Assembly (NCBI RefSeq): GCF_947568905.1
Contig: NC_079164.1
Location: forward strand, 21,142,001 to 21,206,000
Length of the DNA: 64,000 bases
Source of the DNA: Ostrea edulis
Taxonomy: Eukaryota
Direction: 5' to 3'
The position numbers were made by a program, and so were the translations under genes. Below, piece by piece: positions 37,983 through 47,870 of this stretch (positions are counted from its first letter, which is position 1; each line of letters begins with the position of its first letter). Below the pieces are notes generated by a model. It ran no database searches, had not been told where the DNA came from, and was given only the letters and a program-made list of their open reading frames with translations.

Positions 37983-40190
37983 CTATTGGTCACTTTCACT
38001 TTCACTTTGGCTATCATCACTCAAATCAAGACCAGCAAATCTGTTTGTCAATGGGCAGTTGGCCACATATTGTACACCTGATTTGTTCTTCCTTTTCACT
38101 TTTGGTGAGAGCACCATACTTTCAGCATTGTTTGAGCTGGATGAGATCCCTTTGTTTGCGTTTCCTTTCTTTTTGTGAGATTTGCTTCTCTTCTTGTATT
38201 TGGAATCATCTGTGAAATCATCGGAGGGAAGAGATTTCATTACGGCATCAAAGAGGCTTTGGTAAACCATTGGAAGTTTCGAGTCCTTTGCAAGCATTTC
38301 ACATATAAACATGTCAGGACTTCTACGTTTCTCAAGCTCCTGACAGAAATTGTACAGAAATGTTCCCGAGAATATGTGAGGTATGTATGGACTAGGGAAC
38401 GGGCGCTGCAGGAGATAGTTCAAATGTAAAACTACAAGAATGCAGGACTGGAACTGTGCAAATCCATGGATCAGGTCACTATCCACTGGATGCTTCCTGT
38501 TGTGCTCAGGCTTTGCATTGTATGGATGAAGTTTGGTCCGGACTTCCTTTACAATTTCTATGGATGTGTCTAAAACAGTTGCCTCTATCATATTTTCCTC
38601 ACATCCAGTAGCACCATGGTGTATAAGAACCCACTTTACTTTCAGCATTATCAAACACACCACCGCTGCTCTCAAGTGATTCAGAGTTACTTTTGGTTGA
38701 GCATTTTTGATCCAATATAGAATGATTCCTAAAACAAGCTCAAGATCTCCAGTCATCTCTTCTGTGGTAAATGGGGGTATGTTTAATGCTTGACAGAGGA
38801 GATTCTTTCTGTCAGTATGTAAAATGCCCGGAATTTCTGTTAGTCTTGGTAGTGGACCATATCCTTCTAAAGTGGTGGCTGGGCATACAAGTATCTTCTT
38901 TAAATATAAACCCTGTCTGCTGTATTCTTCAACAGCATATTTTCTGTTTGCTAGAAGCTCACCCTTCTTTGCTTCAATAGCAATATCCTCTGAGAGAAGA
39001 ATTCCATATATCAGCTGTCTTAGTTGAACAGAGCACTGGTGAGATGACTGCGACTTGGGGTGTTCCACCTGTGGAAGGGTAAATATTCTGTGCAGTGTTA
39101 TGATGTCCAAGAAGATTTGTGGAATGAGCCCCTGCCTATGTTTGGGTAAAAACCAGTTTGGAAGAGAAGACCCATTATATCCCCTGACTGAGTTCCTACT
39201 TGGAGGTAGTTCTTTTTCTGTATCATGCTTATCCTCAAAGTAGCTGTAAAGACAGAAATCAGAATCACTTTTATCAGTGGTAAATGCGTCCATGGTTTTG
39301 CCGATGGCTAATGATATGGTTTCTTTCTGTGCTGGAGTTACTGCTGTTCCCATCACTTTTTCAATCCCCTCATTGTAGGATTCTAAACTTTCAAGCCAGC
39401 TGATCACTTTTTGCATCTTTGTGTGAGACTTTGGTATTCTAAACTGTGTCTTTCCTTCATATAATCTGACTGATGAATAGAAGGAATGGAATATTCTTAT
39501 GTCTACGTAATCATTCCCTAACAAGGTAGCCAGCAAAGGAAGTACTGTTTTTCCTAGTGAAGGAAAGAACTTTACGAAGTTGTCCACATGATATCGCCTT
39601 GCTGGAAGGTAATGGTACACTGTACCATCTTCTCTCGTGTCCTCTTGCAATGTAAAATTGACACTGTCAAATGGTATAAATCCCGCTCTTAGAGAGAGAA
39701 TGTAAAAATCACTATCGTACGACAAAACTGGACAGTTAAGTTTGTTTGCTAATATTCCAACTTCTTTGTCAGCTTCAAAATCACAAACAACAAATGGTAC
39801 ATTTATCTCCAACAAAACTGCCTTAAAAGTTTCATAGGCCAGGAGAGGCATTACTTTTCCTCTGTACCCTTTTGCAAGATCCATAGCCATTTCAAGTCTC
39901 CGCTTCACTCTCTCTAATATTGTGTAAAATTTTTTGTCATCCTGCTCATACCCACCATCAAACACAACATATGGCTGAATTTTGCAGGAATGAAGGAGTG
40001 TGAAGAACTCTTTGATTTTCCTGGCATACTGGTCATAATCTCCTCCATGGAGGAAGTCCACGTGATTATTATAAAAGATGAGATGGTACAGGTTGTTGCC
40101 ATCTATCACTACCTTGGTATTGTGTAGGCGAGTTTCCTTCAAAAGATGGAGATTGTCATCCATAAAGGTTGTCAATCCTGAAATCCCCAT
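37983..40190 (-). CDS. ASTE1: Protein asteroid homolog 1 (XPG/FEN1-like PIN nuclease), 735 aa, single coding exon
   Basis: MGISGLTTF..VVIDGNNLYH..PYVVFDGG..DFEADKE..PVLSYDSDFYI XPG-N/I acidic motifs, followed by the asteroid-type C-terminus (HGFAQFQSCI..LNYLL..FSGTFLYN). Acceptor TTTTATTCCAG at 40215/40216 implies an upstream non-coding exon. Confidence 0.92.
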   Translation of the reverse strand: MGISGLTTFMDDNLHLLKETRLHNTKVVIDGNNLYHLIFYNNHVDFLHGGDYDQYARKIKEFFTLLHSCKIQPYVVFDGGYEQDDKKFYTILERVKRRLEMAMDLAKGYRGKVMPLLAYETFKAVLLEINVPFVVCDFEADKEVGILANKLNCPVLSYDSDFYILSLRAGFIPFDSVNFTLQEDTREDGTVYHYLPARRYHVDNFVKFFPSLGKTVLPLLATLLGNDYVDIRIFHSFYSSVRLYEGKTQFRIPKSHTKMQKVISWLESLESYNEGIEKVMGTAVTPAQKETISLAIGKTMDAFTTDKSDSDFCLYSYFEDKHDTEKELPPSRNSVRGYNGSSLPNWFLPKHRQGLIPQIFLDIITLHRIFTLPQVEHPKSQSSHQCSVQLRQLIYGILLSEDIAIEAKKGELLANRKYAVEEYSRQGLYLKKILVCPATTLEGYGPLPRLTEIPGILHTDRKNLLCQALNIPPFTTEEMTGDLELVLGIILYWIKNAQPKVTLNHLRAAVVCLIMLKVKWVLIHHGATGCEENMIEATVLDTSIEIVKEVRTKLHPYNAKPEHNRKHPVDSDLIHGFAQFQSCILVVLHLNYLLQRPFPSPYIPHIFSGTFLYNFCQELEKRRSPDMFICEMLAKDSKLPMVYQSLFDAVMKSLPSDDFTDDSKYKKRSKSHKKKGNANKGISSSSNNAESMVLSPKVKRKNKSGVQYVANCPLTNRFAGLDLSDDSQSESESDQ

Positions 40191-40417
40191 AGTTTCAGTC
40201 AGTAATATGCCAAACTGGAATAAAAAGGGAATAATCTGTTAGTATACACATGAGAGACATACCTAAATTAAAGACCTACTTAACTGAAGACCCATAAAAG
40301 ACCTTGGGAAGACCAACAGTGTACAGAAGTTCAGGCTTATGTATATTAAAAATCTAGATGTCTATGCTCTTGCCAAGTCAAATGTAGTTTAAACTCTTTC
40401 TCTCTCTCTGACCAGTC

Positions 40418-40735
40418 GTGGTAGCTCAGTAGTAGAGCATTCACTTCATAACCAGGGGTGCATTTTACAAAAGAACTTACGACTTACGACCAACTTTACA
40501 TATTGGAATTCTCCCCTTTATTGTAAGATAATTCACTCAAATGTAACATAGTGAAGAAACGAATAACTGTGTAATACAATTTATGACTTGCGACTTTGTC
40601 GTAAGTTCTTTTGTAAAACGGGCCCCAGAGGTCTTGAATTTGGGTCCCACTTGTGCCAATGCCATGTCAAACCCACTACATTAACAAAGGTAGCGATTGC
40701 TCCTTTGCCAAATGCTCAGCATTTAGAAGAATCAG
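40418..40735 (+). mobile_element. tRNA-derived SINE split by a Harbinger-like MITE
   Basis: GTGGTAGCTCAGTAGTAGAGCATTCACTTC head; the body resumes after 40628 (GAGGTCTTGAATTTGGGTCCCAC..GTAGCGATTGCTCCTTTGCCAAATGCTCAGCATTTAGAAG), matching the reverse complement of 5340-5470. Confidence 0.75.
40456..40625. mobile_element. 170 bp PIF/Harbinger-like MITE, 3 bp TSD CAG
   Basis: TIRs GGGTGCATTTTACAAAAGAACTTACGAC / GTCGTAAGTTCTTTTGTAAAACGGGCCC; CAG at 40453-40455 and 40626-40628. Confidence 0.8.
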
Positions 40736-41155
40736 TCATCTGACTCTTATCCCCGCTTTTATATTGTGTGACATGCCGTCGTTTAAATAGCGATAGCATC
40801 GTATTAATCATGATCTATTTGTAGAATAATCTTCCAATAATTGAATCCTCATGTCTTGGAAGATAGATCAGCGAAATAAAGTTGTAAGGGGTAGGTAAAG
40901 CAGCTGGTGTCGCTGAATTCCCACTTTTCAATGTAGAGACTGCTCTGACTCTCCCCCGCACATGTCACAATATAAAAGCGGGAGAAAGAGTCAGAGGAAT
41001 CTCGGATTACTACAGTTGGTGACGTCTCAATATGAGTGAACAATTCTCTATGGGACGTAAAACTCTTTCTATCTCTGTGTGTGTGTGTCTGTGAAACATT
41101 CAACATCCAAAGTATAGAATATAGATACATGTAACACATCAAACAAACAGATAAA

Positions 41156-41941
41156 CAGGTTTGGCACCCCCCCCCCCCCCCTATTTGGTACTTAAGGTCC
41201 CATATGATGGTCAAATGCCTATATGGTATACCCAATATACTGACCAAATGGTGGTCATTTTATTTTGTGTCAATATTATTGAAAAACAATGGACTGGCGC
41301 ATTTGCACGGATATCTTGGTTTCTTCCCTGACATTGTTGCAGACTATAAAAGGCAACTCCCCCAACTTCCACCGTAGCATTACAGCTGGAGTTGATGAAC
41401 AGCACAGAGCAAGTGGTAAGTGAAGGTAAAATCACTCGTATTTATTCCTTACAAAACAAATAATGTTCTTAATTTTTTTTAAATTTCCACTTGGACGTCA
41501 AGTTTCACTTTTGCTGCGTTTTGAATTCAGAGCACTCCTCTGACCATGATGAAAGTACCGTTACATTCCATAAAGTCATCAAAATGTTTGTACAGCGACC
41601 CTCTAGTACTAAAAGTAAATGTAATTTTCCGGAATTCATTGACGGAATTTGTAATTGTTAAATTATTGTTTTAGAAATGCCGTTTCCAAAGAAGTGTTGA
41701 TGCAGAAATCGTGAACTTTTTGGGTTGATGTTACAACTGAACCAAAGCTTTTCAATGTAAATGGTAGAAAGATCAGGATTGCTATCATCAATAAGTTACG
41801 GGAGGAGGGGCTTTCAGAGAAAGCCAAATATGTTTGCTAGACGTGTGTTTCATATACTGAGGTTAAAATGGAAATTCTTTATATATGAGTTTCATCATTT
41901 TATCATTCTCTGCGATATCTAATGATTAAAGTGTGTGCCGT

Positions 41942-41981
<40 letters not shown>

Positions 41982-43818
41982 CGGGAACATCTACAGTACA
42001 TGGTCTAAAAGAAAAAAGAGGACGACAGTTGCAGAATTGTTTTCAAGGATAGAGGAGGGGGAAGTTGAAGAGGAAGATAATGAATCAATTATGAGTGCAA
42101 TTGGTATATTAAATTCTCGGTCCCAATTTAGTAAAACTTCATTGAATTAGAAATTTTATACATTTCTATTTTGTCACACAGGAATGAACGAGGCAAAACG
42201 TATTTTTGAGGACACGCTGCGGGTTGGCCAGCAATATATAAAGGGCTCACATAAGTATACTTTGCCCCAGACGGTGCTTTAATAACAATCGAGACCTCAG
42301 CAGATGTTGCAATATACAAGTCTTTCACCTTTAAAGTGATTCATGCACAAAATTCGTGATTTAGAATAAAATTTCCATTGTACAGACCCTGAAGCGTGCT
42401 ACTACACCTCCAAAGCATTTCGTTTCGGTCCGTGCAAACCATTTAGCATTTCGTGCAGATCGTTCAGCGTCCCGTGCAATTCGTTTCATATAATAATCAT
42501 TCCGTGCATGATCACGCCACGCCCATAGAAACGTGCAGATCGTTCAAACCACGCCCTTAGAAACGGACAGACCGCGCAAATCATTTCGGCACGGGATGCA
42601 AGTCAGGTAAACATTGTTGGGAATTGGAACATTTATTTTAAAATGTCTCTAAGACAGGCTTCCATCAGTGAAAATCTGCAAATAATTGAAAGCAAACAGT
42701 TTATTTTAAAAACCCTAGGTAGAGCAAAACCCAATACCATTTCATCACCGTTGGTAGTTTCTAGCAAGTGCAGAGACATGTAGGCCTATATCTCTGTCCT
42801 TGGTTGTTGTTTTTTTTTTCCTTTCTTTTTTTTTGTATATAGGAATAATTTATTTGTCTTGTTACATTTGTATGATCAAGTTTCTCATTTTAAATTAAAA
42901 AAATATTTTTCATCAAAATTGTTTATCGGAACTGTCTGCAGAATGCAAAGACCGAACTATAAGCAAGTTATTTGTTAACAAAATTTTTTATACGATTAAA
43001 CTGAATTAATTTATCACTTTATAGGCCATATCATCATAAATTTTAAATATTGATAGGATTCTTATTTTCCAATTCTCAAGAAAATTATACACTTATATGT
43101 CATGATGATGAATAACAACCTTTTCATGTAGAGTGTCTTTTCTTTTGTCAAACGAGCGAGTTACTCGTTTGCCTTCAGTCAAGACCTTAGTTTCGGTTTT
43201 CTTTTTTTCAAAGTTTGTAGGATGGTCCCTTTTCTGCCTTTAGAGACTTTCTTCTGAAGTGTATATAAGGATATATTTATGTAAGCAATATTAAATGCAA
43301 TTATAACTGAGATTCGTATTTTATTTGTCTTTAGACGGAGGATTAATGAAAATTTGCACACATGGGCCTCCATACAAAAATATAATCTTTTGCTTGACAT
43401 CAATAATCAAGTGATTTCATTGGCTATGATTGTTTTTTAAAAACCCGGATGATCAAAACTAAAAGTACAGGCATGACAGAAGTCGCCCATGTTTGCAATT
43501 CCACATTAAAAGTGTTAAGATGTTAATACATGTTTGCAATGTTATCATACCTACGTAATGCTATGGAGAAGGCAATTTTAAAACGCCTATGTGCAAAAAT
43601 TGCTAGGGTGGAATTTTATAAAAGACATATTTTATCATGAAAATTATTGTCAGGAACTTATCACTCCAGAGGACATTGTGCGCCGTGTTCGCTTTTAAGG
43701 TGAAAATCAAAATGCACGGAGTTGGACTCCGATTTGGTCAGTAAACATAGGTACCGATTTGGTTGATTGACCACCATATGGGACCTTAAGAACCAAATAG
43801 GGGTGTGTGCCAAACCTG
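41156..43818. mobile_element. 2.66 kb degenerate DNA transposon, CAG termini, ~85 bp imperfect TIRs, 5 bp TSD (ATAAA)
   Basis: Left CAGGTTTGGCAC..CCTATTTGGTACTTAAGGTCCCATATGATGGTCAA; right TTGACCACCATATGGGACCTTAAGAACCAAATAGG..GTGCCAAACCTG. ATAAA at 41151-41155 and 43819-43823. Interior has broken coding-like patches and a 39 nt poly-G. Confidence 0.8.
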
Positions 43819-43875
43819 ATAAACTTAGTACTTTAAAAATTGACCAACGAACAGCATAATTAACAAAAACGGTGA

Positions 43876-45497
43876 CGGGTGGTTTCGTCCCGATTACATA
43901 TTCGCACCTAGTGGATTCGCACCTTTACCTGTACGCCCCAAGTGGATTCGTCCAGAGTGGTTTCGCCCCTATTGTGTATGTAGCAACAGTGGTCGGAAAG
44001 ATTGATCAGTGCATACTCTCCGTTAACGATGAGCAATTAAATTGAATTGAAATTAGGGGATGAATGTTATATATTAATTTACCGACGCCCAAGGTATGTT
44101 CATTTTGATCATTATACCAACAATTTTTGGATGTTTACATATGGCAACAGTGGTCAGGACGATTGATCAGAGCATACTCTCTTTTAACGATGAGCAATTG
44201 AATTGAAATTAATGAATATTATACAGTATATTAATTTACCGATGTCCAAACTATGTCCATTTCTATCATTATACCAAGAATTTTTGCTATGGCAAGTTGC
44301 ATTCATTGTGGAAAATCAGTATTAAAGTAAAATTTATCATATGAAACAGAATTATCATTATGTAGATAAAATTAGTGTGTCTATTATGTGATTTTATTAA
44401 TCTTGGATATATTTATATAAATCTCGAAATGAAGAATTCAATTTATAGCATAAACTTAAAGCAGCAATATTTAAGTGAAAGTAGTTGATCATTTTAAAAA
44501 AGTGAGAATTTTGATGTTAAATCGTTATAATTTTAAGATATGTTAAATTGTTATATTAATGGGGCGAAACCACTCGATTATAAGGCAATGTTCTACCTTA
44601 TGTTACCTGCATTGAAATTGGGACGAAACCACGGGCACTGGAAGTTAATGTAAATATATAGTATGTGCATGTATAAAAAAGGAAGGGTAGGACACTCTTT
44701 TTGAGGCAAATTCGGGTTTGGGTTATTGTGGGCGTTTCTCAAACGGCCTGACGCGATGAATCGTTCACATATACCTTACTTTCAATATATGTACGGTTTC
44801 TTTCCGTTCCAATGCCGTTCATTCGAAGAAAAAGATGTTTTTACACCTCCAAGTGCCTAAGAATTTCACTACACTGTCTTACTTCCGGATTAATCGCACT
44901 GAATCGAAAGGTAAGTTATGATTGGTCAATGTGATAAACATTTATAAGTTTATGTCATATTCTTATTGGTTGTGAAATAATGATAAGAATATTTGAACTA
45001 TAAAAACAAACATGGCTCATGTACTTAACCACTAGTCTCTAACACCATCATGAAGTAATAATCCTGAGAATTATTTTCTCTACATATGTATTTATGGATT
45101 AGATAATGTATGTCAATTCAGACTTCAATTTTATTATTAACCTATCAGAACTTACCTTTCGATTCAGTGCGATTAATCCGGAAGTAAGACAGTCTAGCGA
45201 AATTCTTAGGCACTTGGAGGTGTAAAAACATCTTTTTCTTCTAATGAACGGCATTGGAACGGAAAGAAACCGTACATATATTGAAAGTAAGGTATATGTG
45301 AACGATTCATCGCGTCAGGCCGTTTGAGAAACGCCCACAATAACCCAAACCCGAATTTGCCTCAAAAAGAGTGTCCTACCCTTCCTTTTTTATACATGCA
45401 CATACTATATATTTACATTAACTTCCAGTGCCCGTGGACGAAACCACTTGGTGCGAATCCACTAGGTGCGAATATGTAATCGGGACGAAACCACCCG
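43876..45497. mobile_element. MITE with GGTTTCGTCCC/GGACGAAACC subterminal repeats; host of the 807 bp foldback element
   Basis: 48 bp TIR CGGGTGGTTTCGTCCCGATTACATATTCGCACCTAGTGGATTCGCACC is mirrored at 45450-45497; internal ~170 bp tandem duplication at ~43975-44300. Confidence 0.8.
44630..45436. mobile_element. 807 bp foldback element: 288 bp near-identical TIRs, 231 bp spacer, 8 bp TSD GACGAAAC
   Basis: 44630-44917 is the reverse complement of 45149-45436 with only a few mismatches; TSD at 44622-44629 and 45437-45444; termini CACGGGCACTGG. Confidence 0.9.
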
Positions 45498-47870
45498 CAT
45501 TCAACAAAAACCATAGGCCTATTAATCACCAACACTTACACACTCTCTGATAAATTCACCACTGACAAGGAATGTACAACTAAAAGTCCCTGATCAAGGG
45601 AGGAAAAAAAGAGAAGAAGATATAAATTTATCTCACATGTGACATATGATAGACATGATCACTGGAAGTTCTGATCGTTGAGTAAAATACAAAACCCACT
45701 GTACCGCATTTCTTGAAAGATACATATGTTTGTTGTTTTTATTAGTCTGATTAGATACTATAGTAAACTATCCAAGAATATAATCAATAATTGATATTTA
45801 AAAATATTACTATTTATATTTTTTCAATAGAAGACGTAATTTTTCGGATTGGTAGAAGATTTATTTTAGATGACTTGTTACGTTTCCGATGTTGACGAAA
45901 TCTTACATCAATATAAAGAAACGGGTTACAGTTCAACTTGCAGGGCAGGTGCGTGCAACAACATTGTCCAGGCATGCATATATCTCTCTCCATGCAGTCA
46001 TTGTTAATACTCTAATTCAAATTATATAGGGGCCTCTTAAACTTATCAATGGAGGATTCTTAGGGTCGGTGTAATGACCTGATAAGGGTAATGTCCTGAT
46101 CGACCTGATGGACAATAATTCTACCTACTTGTCTACACTAAAGCATATTTTAAAAATATGATATTTTAAGATTTGTTCTGATTAACTCTATGTTTTTCTT
46201 TCATAAAATAATAATAAGAAAAATTATAAGAAGCCCTCTCACGGCCCAAAAGGCCTTGGGAGCAGAGCTCTCCCTATAGGTAACACGTATATACATGTTT
46301 AAAATAAAAATATAGAAAACTAATGAAAAATTAAACCATATCTATGGAACCTGAAAATTTTGGTCCAAATGGCGTTGATTTGAATACGAGCGCGTGGACA
46401 TGTATTTCTCCATTTTGAATCTCGTGTACCCAAGTTCACATCGTTCTGAGATTTTACATGAAATCCATAAAAGCATGTCAATCTTATTTTCTTATTCATC
46501 CATAGGCCTAATTACGCCTCGATTAATGCGATTGAACCATGTCTCCTATCCTTGTGAATTTGCTAAACAACGACGCTGAATATGATGTCACAATGTACTG
46601 TTTACATAAATTGCATTATATTTCCCGCGTTCAATGAATTGGCAGACCTACATGTAATGTCTAAAGTTAGGCTGCTTTGTTAGAGCTCTGTCCTTGCACG
46701 TTAGGTGCTAACTTCGGGATATTTTTTGTCCTGTTATGCATATAGATTCTAATCCAAATACTTTTTGCTTCGCCCTCAAAAACGGTCACACTGTAAGACA
46801 TAATAATTCATCATTTTCAAACCCGAGGGGTGTAATGTCCTGATATTTAGTGTAATGTCCTGTTATTTAGTGTAATGTCCTGATATTTAGTGTAATGTCC
46901 TGATGAAACATTTCTACAAAAATGATGCATTTTTACGATGTTTTATGCACCCAAATTAATTATGTTTATGAGTTGATATTTATCTTAAGATATTCAACTA
47001 TTATTTTTGACATTTTTTGGTTATTTTTTATTATTTTAGGTTTAAACTAAACCAAGGGTGTAATTTCCTAATATCAGAATGGCCTGACTATGGTCTATTT
47101 TTATTGTCACAAAGCTTCTTTTATTGTTACCCAAAATAAGTCTTCAAATATCAGAAAATACAATAATTTGTTTCTTTTCACTCTATGAAAATTTCTATTA
47201 CACGAAAACTTACCCTTATATATATCATTTTAACCAGTTTTTGTGAAATTTTGATATTGCTGTTTAAGGAAAATTGCAATTTTCTGATGTCGATAACAGG
47301 TATGTGTGTGTGCTAACTGATAAAAAAAATTATCAATACCATAGCATACTTATTTTATCATTTTTATTTGTCACTAAGATATATTATTTGAAGAATCAAC
47401 AATCAAGATTGAACCTATAATTCTAGAGGGGTGGAATTACCTTAACCAGGATTAACTTTATAGAGTGATTGCACTTTCCCATATTAGTTTTGTTCTTATT
47501 GACTAGGATTTTTCGGGTAATTTACAGCTCTTAGTCTTTGAAAATGTCATTCAATGTGCAGTTTATAATTTCAAAATTTTGTTCAATGTGCCTGCAGATA
47601 ATGACATGGTTTTCTGTGAGTAGTTGTATATCGATGTGCTTTCAGATGTATTGACTCAAATGAGCAGTTTCTATTGTTATGAATGACACATTAAATTTGA
47701 GTTTCCTTACAATAGTCCTCATGCAGCAGAATAACTGTGTTGGACTTAGAAAATTTCAAAAAAATGGACAGTTTACCAGACTTTTTTCACAATAATGAGT
47801 TTGATATGACATTTTGTCTGTTGCATTTATATATACAATTGCCGTATCAAGTTTACATTTCCACAGAGGA

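Noticed and set aside
41942-41980. 39 nt poly-G (similar poly-G/C runs at ~12164, ~23495, ~25802, ~25915 and ~41166)
   Set aside because: Homopolymer tracts typical of these MITEs/TEs and error-prone in sequencing; no evidence of a specific G-quadruplex function.
41270-42330. Protein-like patches (GLAHLHGYLGFFPDIVADY.., KKRTTVAELFSRIEEGE.., KAPSGAKYTYVSPLY..)
   Set aside because: Broken by stops and on both strands within the 2.66 kb transposon; I cannot assign a family without a homology search.
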